Shown here piece by piece: positions 1 through 9,111 of a DNA stretch of 34,651 nucleotides. How positions within the stretch are numbered: the stretch's first letter is position 1; the number at the start of each line of letters is the position of its first letter. Below the pieces are notes generated by a model. That model searched no databases. It saw only the letters and a list, made by a program, of their open reading frames with translations, and was not told where the DNA came from. The position numbers and the translations under genes are program-made. This stretch comes from Chiloscyllium plagiosum (taxonomy: Eukaryota). The DNA is taken from contig NC_057718.1 of assembly GCF_004010195.1 (NCBI RefSeq), positions 10,054,872 to 10,089,522 of the forward strand, written 5' to 3'.

Positions 1-371
1 TTGTAACTATCGAAATGCTTAACAAAATGATATATGTATTAACTAACACTGATTAACTGTTCCAATGCAGTAACATCCCATAAGCACACCCTTAGCAAAG
101 GTAAATTCAGTAAATTGATTGCACCACATGTAATTCTAGCAGCAGCAAGAGAACCACAGCTTTAGTTGTCTCAGAGAGAGGAATAACAGCTTTCACTGAA
201 AGCTAAACTAAAAATCCTTGTTCTGTGGGAGCTTGTCCCCACCCATTCAGGCTGCTTCTATTGTTCCAAGTTTAAAAAAAAAATTATTGGCTATGAGCAG
301 ACTGCTCGGTACATCTGTCTTAACCTTTCTTAAGGAAAAAACTAGTGCACCTCTTAAAGCCACAAACAGCA
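1..371 (-). mobile_element. Probable LTR-type repeat, truncated by the window edge; distant relative of the LTR at 575-1838 in opposite orientation
   Basis: The reverse complement contains TGTGGCTTTAAGAG, AGAAGCAGCCTGAATGGGTGGGGACAAGCTCCCACAGA and TTTACTGAATTTACCTTTGC. These parallel TGTGCCTTTAAGAG, AGAAGAAGCATGAGTGGATGGGGTCAGGCTCACACAGA and TTTTGCTAAATTGCCTTGCC in the 575-950 segment. The boundary is approximate. Confidence 0.5.
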
Positions 372-950
372 CCAAGTTTAGATGCATTATTACAGCCTGG
401 TTGTGGTGTCTGTAGATCAATAGGACTGGCTTTCCACAGTATTTAAGGAAGAGGTAAATGAGTGTGATGTATTACAGGCCCATTCTTTGGGAACAGAAGT
501 TGTATCCTGTCAATTCTTGAGTAATGATCGACCAAATATTTTCTGAAGGGAGCTGGGAGTTTTCAGATCACTGGTGTGATCTACTGTGCCTTTAAGAGAG
601 ATTGGTTCTGACCTGTCTCTCTTGCAGAGGGCTGTTGTGACCCTGGTGTCTGCTCCATGGAAAGCAAAGTGAATAGCTTTGGGTATTTTTAAGAAAACAT
701 AGGCAGAAGAAGCATGAGTGGATGGGGTCAGGCTCACACAGAGCCAGGAGGGGTGAGAAGGCTTCTACTGCTGCTGAGCTAACAGCTTCAGTTCTCTGCT
801 GCTAGTGTCACAGTCGAGAGGCTTCCTCTTAAAAACTAAAAGAGGCAGACTGTTTCTTTCTGTATTTCGTTCTGCTGGACTGGAGAGAGACAGCATGTGA
901 GAATTGTAACTGTTTTGCTAAATTGCCTTGCCCTGGTGGTGTTGTATGGT

Positions 951-1455
951 AGCTGAAAATGTGTTGCTGGAAAAGCGCAGCAGGTCAGGCAGCATCCAAG
1001 GAACAGGAGAATCGACGTTTCAGGCATGAGCCCTTCTTCAGGAATGAGGAAAGTGTGTCCAGCAGGCTAAGATAAAAGGTAGGGAGGAGGGACTTGGGGG
1101 AGGGGCATCGGAAATGCGATAGGTGGAGGGAGGTCAAGGTTAGGGTGATAGGCCGGAGTGGAGTGGGGGCGGAGAGGTAGGAAGAAGATTGCAGGTTAGG
1201 AAGGTGGTGCTGAGTTTGAGGGTTGGGACTGAGACAAGGTGAGGGGAGGGGAAATGAGGAAACTGGAGAAATCTGAGTTCATCCCTTGTGGTTGGAGGGT
1301 TCCTAGGCGGAAGATGAGGCGCTCTTCCTCCAGCCGTCGTGTTGCTATGGTCTGGCGATGGAGGAGTCCAAGGACCTGCATGTCCTTGGTGGAGTGGGAG
1401 GGGGAGTTGAAGTGTTGAGCCACAGGGTGGTTGGGTTGGTTGGTCCGGGTGTCCC
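951..1455 (-). mobile_element. Penelope-like element (PLE), C-terminal end of the GIY-YIG ORF plus 3' terminal region
   Basis: The minus strand translates DTRTNQPNHPVAQHFNSPSHSTKDMQVLGLLHRQTIATRRLEEERLIFRLGTLQPQGMN, the typical PLE endonuclease C-terminus (HF...E..I..L.TL.P.G.N). A pyrimidine-rich UTR and a hammerhead core follow. Confidence 0.9.
1010..1045 (-). ncRNA. Minimal type-I hammerhead ribozyme-like motif in the PLE terminal repeat
   Basis: The minus strand reads attc-CTGAAGA-a-gggc tcat gcct-GAAA-C-GTC-gatt. It has the conserved core boxes, a stem II hairpin, a palindromic ACGT stem III and a GUC triplet. Confidence 0.7.
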
Positions 1456-1743
1456 TATTTCCCTCCCCTCCCCTATCAGCGTTCCGAAAAGACCACTCTC
1501 TCCGTGACTCCCTCATCAGGTCCACACCCCCCACCAACCCAACCTCCACTCCCGGCACCTTCCCCTGCAACCGCAAGAAATGCAAAACTTGCGCCCACAC
1601 CTCCCCCCTTACTTCCCTTACAAATTCACCTGCACCTTCACACATATCATTTATTGCATCCGCTGCACCTGATGTGGCCTCCTCTATATTGGGGAGACAG
1701 GCCGCCTACTTGCGGAACGTTTCAGAGAACACCTCTGGAACAC
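1456..1743 (+). mobile_element. Inverted upstream segment of the same PLE (Cys-rich linker and GIY-YIG motif), decayed
   Basis: The plus strand translates FPSPPLSAFRKDHSLRDSLIRS...GTFPCNRKKCKTCAH. After a deletion/frameshift it reads KFTCTFTHIIYCIRCT*CGLLYIGETGRLLAERFREHLW, with the IY...YIGET motif and one CGA>TGA stop. Confidence 0.9.
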
Positions 1744-2943
1744 AGCACCTTATACTTCTCTTTAAATAAATAGAAAAGTTTGAGTCTAGGTTACCTCCTA
1801 ACTATATTTTGGAAGGGATTGCAGTCTGGTCTATAACACTGGAGAAACCATTCAGTCATTGAGTGGCTTTCTTTTTATTTCCAGTGAGGATGCTGTGTTT
1901 GTTTAAAGAGTTTACAGAGCAAGTTAACGCTGGGGGAGATGGTCAGAATATTACTGGGCTAGTAATCCAGAGACCCAGGATTATGTTCAAGTTTAGCCAG
2001 CAGTTTAAACTTCTGCTTTCGAATTCTCAGAACCTTTTAGGCAGGCTGACTTTCCTGACCTTAAAGGTGCTAACTTTCATATGCTGGCATTCCAAAAATA
2101 CTCATTAATATCTCAGTCCACAAGATGTGATCTTGTTAGCTGAAAATGTGGAAATGCATGTGTTCAGAAACTCAAATGTATCTATGTGCCTTATCACTGG
2201 TGGGATAAATTTTGTCTTCCAAGCTCTGGTGAGCACAGACTTCAGCAGCGAGGTGTCTTTTTGTGCAAACAGTCACCGTGTAAGCGGTGAAGCCTGACCA
2301 GGTCGACCAGCTCACGCAAAGTTTCAGTCGTATGCAGCCTGGCTTGTTTTTGTGAATCACTTACAGTGTGAGGGCTGATGCTTCATTGAGCCAACAAGCC
2401 TATCTGAGTGAGGCAGCCACACTGACTGAGGCAGGCAGACAGGCCTCAACACTAAAGGCCATCTTTTGTAGTTGTATCCTTGTCCCATGCAAACCATTGG
2501 TGAAAAGCCATCAGTGTGTACGCTCCCCTAGTTACGATGAAAGGTAATTGAGCTGATGGCACATGAACTGCTGACTGCTGGTAGTTCCTTCAATGTCTTA
2601 AGTGCAGATGTCTGAAAGGCAGGTAAAGGTAAAGTAGTCATAGTCCTACTAGACTGTAATGCCGTGCTATCATTAGAAAGAGATGACGGATGGTGGTTTA
2701 ACATGAGGGCGAAGGGTGAAGTTGAGAAAGAGAGTCCCTCATGTTAGCCTCAGCCATAATGGGAGTTGAACCACATTATTGGCATCACTCTACATTGCAA
2801 ACTGACATCCACACAACTGGCAGTGAATTCTACATCATCTTAACCTGCAAGGGTTTCCTTTGGTTAAGAGTCACACTGTCTCCAATGTCTATGTAAGGGG
2901 TAGCTGGCATTTCTCAGCATCAGTGCTTTTAATAGTTTTCCTT

Positions 2944-3180
2944 ACTCAGATGCTAGGAATGGTTCGTACCTGTCTTAGACACTGGGAACAACTCGTCCCA
3001 GTCCCAGACATTGGGAACAGCCTGTCTTATTCCCAGATACTGGGAACAGACCGCCTCAGTTGTAGAAACCTGGAAAAGCCCGTCTCGGTCCCAGATGTTA
3101 GGAACAGCCCGTCTCATTCCCAGACGTTGGGAATAGCCTTTCTCATTATTAGACATCGTGAATCCGTCTCTTTTTCCCAG
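2944..3180. repeat. Degenerate ~29-bp minisatellite, ~8 copies, each with an internal TTCCCA/TGGGAA inverted repeat
   Basis: Example units: CCCAGACATTGGGAACAGCCTGTCTTATT, CCCAGATACTGGGAACAGACCGCCTCAGT, CCCAGATGTTAGGAACAGCCCGTCTCATT, CCCAGACGTTGGGAATAGCCTTTCTCATT. Confidence 0.85.
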
Positions 3181-3456
3181 AGTCAGCAAACAGTATCACA
3201 CTGCAGATAGTTAGCAGAGCAGCAACACATCAGGGAACTTTCCTGTTGATGAAAATGGGATTATAAAAAGTGGTGGAAGTATTGGGAAGATCCACTATCA
3301 GCCTTATCCTCACTGTTGCACTGACCACTTCACCCCACGCCTCCAAGACTTTGAAAGAAATGTGCAGATGCTCCCCTTCTTTAAGTACAACAAGTGCCAA
3401 TGCATCGAACAACTTACTGATACTTCGAATTGATGCTGAATGTGAAGGAGTTGGAG

Positions 3457-3830
3457 TAGCTGTAATATAGTGGTTACATTACTGACCTAGTGTCTTGGCT
3501 GGAATATTGATCTGTAGAGAGAAATTCAGATCCGAATTTGCATTTAATTAATTAAATTAATAAAATTTTCTTTATAAAATGGTAGTGTCCGTAATGGTGA
3601 CCACAAATCTACTGAATTGTAGTAAGCACACATGGTTAATTGATGCCTTTCAGGGAGAAATCTGCTATCCTCACCCGCCCATTCCTACTTATGTGCTCAG
3701 ACTCTCAGCAGTGAGATTGAAGATCACCTGCCTTCTGTAATAGCCTAGCAAACCATTCAGTTACATTTAACAAAGTGACCCAACAGCATCTTCAAAAGGG
3801 GCAGTTAGATGGCATTAAATGCCAGCTTTC
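3457..3830 (+). mobile_element. Old SINE-like element, similar to 19846-20015; 3' tail resembles the element at 18205-18490
   Basis: Shares TAGTG(G/A)T...ACTG...CTAGT and TAATGGTGACCAC with the 19846 copy. The tail GGGCAGTTAGATGGCATTAAATGCCAGC resembles the reverse complement of 18236-18277. Confidence 0.5.
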
Positions 3831-3837
3831 TCAATGG

Positions 3838-4096
3838 CGATATAAAAGAGACCTAAAGGGCAACTTTTTCACACAAAGGGTGGAATGTGTATGGAATGAG
3901 CTGCCAGAGGATGTGGTGGAGGCTGGTACAATTGCAATATTTAGGAGGCATTTGGATGGGTATATGAATAGGAAGGGTTTGGAGGGATATGGGCCGGGTG
4001 CTGGCAGGTGGGACTAGATTGGGTTGGTATATCTGGTCGGCATGGACGGGTTGGACCGAAGGATCTGTTTTCATGCTGTATATCTCTATGACTCTA
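3838..4096 (+). mobile_element. CR1 LINE 3' end
   Basis: Encodes the ORF2 C-terminus RYKRDLKGNFFTQRVECVWNELPEDVVEAGTIAIFRRHLDGYM. The 3' UTR ends in a CTCTATGACTCTA tail. Confidence 0.92.
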
Positions 4097-4784
4097 GGAC
4101 TTAAACAATTAATGGTAGGGCCCCGAGAGTGTTGTGGAACAGAAAGACCTGGGAATTCAGGTACATCATTCTTTGAAAGTTTTATCAGAGGTAGACAGGA
4201 TGGGCGCCATGTTGATGTTGTACAGGATGTTGACGAGGCCTTTTCTGGAATACTTTGTCCAGTTGTGGTCGCCCTGTTATAGGAAGGATATTATTAAACT
4301 GGAGAAGGTTCTGAAAAGATTTACCACGACATTGACAGGAATGGACAGTTTGAGATATAAGAATAAACCGGATAGGCTGGGACTTTTTCCACTGGAGTGC
4401 AGGAGGTTGAGGGTGACCTTTTGAGATTTATAAAATCATGAGGGGCATAGATTAAGTAAATGACAGGTGTCTTTTCCCCAGGGTGGGGGAGTTCAAAACC
4501 AGGGGGTGTGTTTTTAAGGTCTGAGAGAAAAGATTTGAAAAGGACATGAGGGGCAGTTTTTTTGCACAGGGAGTGGTTTGTGTGTGAAATGAACTGCCAG
4601 AGAAATAGTGGATGCAAGTACAGTGACAACATTTAAAAGAGATTTGGATAAGTACATGAATAGGAAACGTTTGGAGGGAACTGGGCCAGGAGCAGGCAGC
4701 TGGGACTAGTTCAGTTTGGGAACATGATCAGCGTGAACTCGTTGGACCAAAGGGTCTGTTCTGTGCTGTGTGACTCTATGACTA
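4097..4784 (+). mobile_element. CR1 LINE 3' fragment with internal deletion and frameshifts
   Basis: Encodes EQKDLGIQVHHSLKV...LYRMLTRPFLEYFVQLWSPCYRKDIIKLEKVLKRFT...RLGLFPLECRRLR. Ends in a TGACTCTATGACTA tail. Confidence 0.9.
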
Positions 4785-4789
4785 TCTTA

Positions 4790-5150
4790 CACTTACATCC
4801 GCCTCTTTCAAGACTCAGGACATCCCTGAACCAATAAAGAGCAGTTACCCAGGTAGGAAATGCAGCAGCTGACTTGTACACAGCAAGATCCCACAAAACC
4901 TGTCAATAATCTATTTTAGTATTTGTGGTTTTAATTATTGACAGATGTTTCTGGAGGACTCCCCTGCTGCTCTTCAAAATGAGTGCCTTGGGATCTTTCA
5001 TAACACACTGACAGGAGTCTATCAACAGCACCTCCAACCCTGCAGCACTTCCTCAGTACAGCAGCGGGGGTGTGAGCCTGGGCTAGGAGCTGAGGGGCTT
5101 GGAGTGAGACTTGAACTGCCTGCGAGGCGAGAGTGCCAACCACTGAGGCG
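4790..5150 (-). mobile_element. Ancient Deu-domain-type tRNA-derived SINE (SacSINE1-like), decayed
   Basis: The minus strand has CTCAGTGGTTGGCACTCTCGCCTC and GTTCAAGTCTCACTCCA (A/B box-like). It also carries GATCCCAAGGCAC...TTTGAAGAGCAG and GTGGGATCTTGCTGTGTACAAGTCAGCTGCTGCATTTCCTAC, shared with the copies at 12520 and 14027. Confidence 0.7.
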
Positions 5151-5789
5151 TGTCTAACAGCAGTGGCTTTGACTGAAGATTCCTTCAGTGATGAACAAAA
5201 AGGAGGGGGGGGAGAGCGAGGGCCATGTGCACCTTTTGGTTTGTAAGGGTGGCTGCTTGCAGCTGCTCAGGGCCAGTTCAGCCTCGCGTTGCACATTTTG
5301 TTTTTGTGTCGAGATGTGTGTCGGGTTCTGGGCAAAAGGTCACCGTGAGTCTGTCTGGCTCAATTCTCTGAGCGCAGTGGCCCAGCTGTCACACTGCCAC
5401 CTCGCTCCCTGTGTCATTTTCCTTCTCTTCCCCGGAGATTGGACAAAAGAGCATTCTGCCAACTTCACCATATGCCCGGGTTAAGTCCTGTTCTCCCACC
5501 TCCCCCCACTGTGCAAGAGCTGGGAAGGGGGTTGCGGTGGGTAAGGGAAGGCAGCGGCTTCTGAGATTGACACAGTCCTGCCTCATGCAGACAGCAGCTG
5601 GGTGTGAAATGGCAATTGTAAATTCGGGCGTCGGACTTACTCTCATACTGGGTCATTAAATATGTTCAGAGTGAGATAAACTAAGAAATCCAGGGCTCTG
5701 ATGGAAAGTGGGATTGGCACAACAATTTGATCACCCACGATTCTTGTCAATTGGCAGAACAGGCCTATTCCTACTGTTTCTTGTGTTCA

Positions 5790-6205
5790 TGTTCAAAGAG
5801 ATAAGACTTAAGAAGTGTCTTAAAGTGGAAAGCAAGGCAGAGAGGTGTGCCGAGGGGATTCCAAGAGCTCAAGCCCCATACAGCTGTAGGCCCAGCCATC
5901 AATGATGGAGCGATTTAAATCAGGAATTTGCAAGGGCCTGGAAATAGAGAAGCCCTGGGATCTCAGAGGGTTGTGGGGTTACAGAGGCATGGAGGGTTGA
6001 TGACGAGGAGTGATTTGAAAACGAGCGAGATGCTGAAAGTCAAGATTTTGTTTAACTGGGAGGCGATGTTGGTAGGGGAGCTGTCTTGGGGTGATAGGGA
6101 AATGGGACTTGTGGTAGTGTTAAGACAGGGCCAGTGAGTATGGATGACCTCCGTTTCCAGAGGGTGGAATGTCGACCAACCTGGAGTGCATTGATTCCAG
6201 ATGTA
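5790..6205 (-). mobile_element. Decayed L2-type LINE 3' fragment
   Basis: The reverse complement includes CCTACAGCTGTATGGGGCTTGAGCTCTTGGAATCCCC and TTTAAGACACTTCTTAA. These match the + strand L2 remnant at 25705-26300 (CCTTCAGCCGCATGGGTCCTGAGCTCTGGAATTC). Confidence 0.55.
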
Positions 6206-6810
6206 ACAAAAACTTGGAGAACCTGCCTACCTCACCCATCCCCATTGCCTTCTGTCCCGCACTGTGAGTCATTTCAGAATCTGGGGCTGGGTGGAAATGG
6301 CGTGAAATATTGGGAGACCCCATTAGTTTGTGAGGGAGATAGACCTCGAAAGGGAATTGGAGATGAAAGAGAGTCTGAATGTGAGAGGAACTTGAGAGAA
6401 AGAGAGAAGACTGACAGGATGCTTCAGAGAGTGCGAGCAACAGTGGAAATGGAGAGAGAAAAACGATAGAGAGAACAACTGTCACAGATAGAGAAAGTGG
6501 CAGAAAGAAGGAGCAAGCTGAGCTAGCACTGACCTGAGAGAGAAGACAGAACAACAGTGATCTCCCCAGTATCCAGTAAACCCGGCCAATGATGGGGGCA
6601 TGATCTGAAACTGTCGGGTGCTTGAGAAACACACTGGTAGCTGGGAGAAGGTGCCTTGTTGCTGCCATAAGATGAAAGTGAGTTTTAAAACCAATCCGCT
6701 ATGACTGCTCTTAAACACCAGGATGCCTGGCTGCGTTAGGTGTTTCTGCCTTTCTCGAATTGCTAACACCAGTAAAGTTACCATTATCTAGATCCCAAGC
6801 ATCCAGAATT

Positions 6811-7109
6811 GGGGGTGGCACGGTGGCTCAGTGGTTAGCACTGCTGCCTCACGGCGCCAGGGGTCCGGGTTCGATTCCACCCTCGCACGATTACCTGGGT
6901 GGAGTTTGCACATTCTCCCCGTGTCTGTGTGGGTTTCTTCCCGGTGCTCCGGTTTCCTCCCACGATCTAAAGATGTGCAGGTTGGGGCGGATTGGCCATG
7001 GGAAATGCAAAGTTATCAGGTGGGGGTCTGGGTCTGGGTGGGATGCTCTTTGGAAGGTTGGTGTGGATTCGATGCACTGCTTCCACACTGTAGGGATTCT
7101 GTAAATTCT
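6811..7109 (+). mobile_element. tRNA-derived HE1-type (V-domain) SINE, near full length
   Basis: A box TGGCTCAGTGG (6824-6834) and B box GGTTCGATTCC (6868-6878). Central domain GGAGTTTGCACATTCTCCCCGTGTCTG...TCCGGTTTCCTCCCAC and tail TTCCACACTGTAGGGATTCT. Confidence 0.9.
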
Positions 7110-7764
7110 CTTTTTTCATATTTTGGATTCCGGTTAAATGAGAATTGCAGATGCTTCAGATCTGGATTATTAAGACTTTTGGTACTGGACCCCAGCAAAG
7201 GATAGATAAATTGCTGATGATGTTGGAAAACAGTCCTTGCCCTGACAGTAAGCTGTTTTAGTCATTGCCTGTAATCCCACAGCATAGAGACATAAAAATG
7301 AAGCATGCAAACAAGAGCGACCAAACATTGCCTCAAAAGGACATTTCGATTAGTAATTGCAATGGTGGAAATGAGTTACCGTAGTGGAACATGAATTTGG
7401 TTTTGGAATACTGTGCTCAAAACTCTAACACTACCCAGTATGTGATTAAGTATGAAATCCTTCATAAATTGATGTGTGCTCGGCTACTCTTCAAACAAAT
7501 GCAGCAGAAGGCTGTTCTGTCACGATATCTTTGGAGCACTGCAGTATAAGCTGCAGCGCAGGGGTGGATGGAATAGACATTGAATTCAGGTGACATTGTA
7601 AATCTTGCATGTTATTCTGTCTGCAATGTTCCAGGTGAGTGATGGAGATTCTGTCACGCCCCTGACTTCATGCTTGGAGGACACAGGAGTTGAAGTACCC
7701 ATCTGATAATACTCAGCTTCCACCCTGCGCTAGTTTATTGTCAGCACAGCTGGTTCAATGAAAG

Positions 7765-8245
7765 GATTGCGTTTATGCAGTGCCTTTCACGACCACTGGA
7801 AGTTTCATAGCACTTTACAGCCAATTACTGTTGAAATGAAGCTACTGTAGAATGCTTACAAGCATAGAAGGAGACCATTTGGCCCAGCGCATTTGTGCTG
7901 ACCCCTGAAGAGACAGTTTGCCCACAGACATCGTTTCCTCGTAATCCTGCAAAACTTTCAAGTTAGAAAGTCGTAATATGGGAAATGTGGAGGTTTGCGC
8001 AGAAGTCCTAACAAAATGAGGGTGCACAGAGAATCTGTTTTTACGGTGATTGATCGAGGCATTGCAGATGAAGCCATGCTATCAAGACAGAAGGAATCTC
8101 ATTTTAACAGCATCCTTGAGAGTGCAGCTCCCTCAGGGCTGCAGTGGGCTGTCTCCATTAATTCGTAAGCAGCAGCCCAGGAGTGGGATTTAACCCACAA
8201 TGGTTTGCACATGGGGTGAGAGTTCTACTACCTGAGTCACAGCTG
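7765..8245 (-). mobile_element. Fragmented Deu-type SINE remnant
   Basis: The 3' tail TTGCGTTTATGCAGTGCCTTTCAC...CACTTTACAGCCAAT at 7767-7825 and the head AGTGCAGCTCCCTCAG...GGAGTGGGATTTAACCCACAA at 8120-8200 match the other copies. The middle is interrupted. Confidence 0.5.
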
Positions 8246-8914
8246 ATGAACAGAGCAGCTGTCTGTTCAATGTCAGTTCTCCACTTTCTCTCCCACTCTC
8301 ATATCACTTCATTCCATGGCTGCAGTGGGTTAATGTTATATTTTGACAAAGATGATCCTCCCTCTCCTCCCCTAGGAGCTCATGGTAGACAGAATGCTGT
8401 CTCCTCATCTGTAAATTAATGCAGTTTGTCCCTAGTAATACCATCCCAAAGGGATTAATGAGCTTTTAAGCACCTTCTGCCACTCAATACAAGTCCCAGG
8501 AAGCTACAGACCAGAGATGACCCCCAGAAGCAAATAGCCCTAAATAAGACAAACACATTGATGTTCATTCATTACTCGGCTCTGAAGATCTATTCTGGTG
8601 TTTACGCTTCCCACCAGCCTCCTCCCAATCAGCATATCCTTCTCTTCTTTCCTGCTTGTGATTATCCAACTTCTCTTTAAATGCATTTGTGTCGACTATT
8701 TGTGGCAGTGTTATCTATGTTCAGATTCATTCTCCGGCCATACAAAAAAAATCACATCAAATGAACTCAAAGCTGTTGGCTTAAATGTGATTGGCAAATA
8801 AACTGAATAAATGGCAAGTTGTTGGCTTCAGGCATTCAGACCCCTGACCCTCCCTACGTCCCCGAGTCCTGAGCTAGGTATGTTTGAGTAGCGACAGGAC
8901 CAGCCGTCACACTG

Positions 8915-9111
8915 AAATAAAAGCAAAATACTGTTGGCACTGGAAACCTGAAACAAACGCAGAGAATGTCAGAGAAACTTAACAGGTCTGGCAGCGTCTG
9001 TGAAGAGAGGAACAGAAGTTAACACATCGAGTCTGGTTTAGAGTTCTGAAGGAGTTGCCCCAGACTCAAAACGTTAACTCTGTTTTTCCTTTCTCTGACG
9101 ACCCTGCCAGA
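8915..9111. mobile_element. Old palindromic PLE-derived mini-element; right arm split by the CR1 insertion and resuming at 11249-11287
   Basis: The left arm AGAAACTTAACAGGTCTGGCAG...ACAGAAGTTAAC is the reverse complement of the right arm GTTAACTCTGT...CTGCCAGA|CCTGCTGAGTTTCTCC. A degenerate hammerhead core CTGAAGGA...AAAACGTT lies at 9046-9075. Confidence 0.65.

Larger units (their letters stand above)
575..1838 (+). mobile_element. Solo LTR (TG...CA, 4-bp TSD CTGG), interrupted by a Penelope-like insertion
   Basis: Starts TGTGAT at 575 and ends ATAACA at 1838. CTGG lies immediately on both sides (571-574, 1839-1842), and AATAAA lies at 1765-1770 near the 3' end. About 470 bp of LTR remains after removing 951-1743. 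Confidence 0.7.

Noticed and set aside
2944..3180. CRISPR-like array (29-bp palindromic repeats)
   Set aside because: The units are contiguous with no unique spacers, there are no cas genes, and the context is a vertebrate intron.
5437..5545. Possible degenerate upstream NHSL1 exon (DWTKEHSA / PPTVQEL resembling WTVHYTA / PPCVEDL)
   Set aside because: The two bits are in different frames with a stop between them, and the PWHQQ core is absent; likely chance.
6120..6668. 182-aa minus-strand ORF
   Set aside because: It arises from GA-rich low-complexity sequence next to an L2 remnant, with no motifs or splice support.
6811..6885. tRNA genes at SINE heads (also 12105-12176 and 20928-21000)
   Set aside because: The A/B boxes are followed by SINE body and tail, and I could not build a convincing cloverleaf.
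7609..7640. ATG...CAG|GTGAGT as a short first exon (MLFCLQCS or MFQ)
   Set aside because: The donor is strong, but phases 2 and 0 do not fit the phase-1 acceptor of the next exon, and there is no other support.
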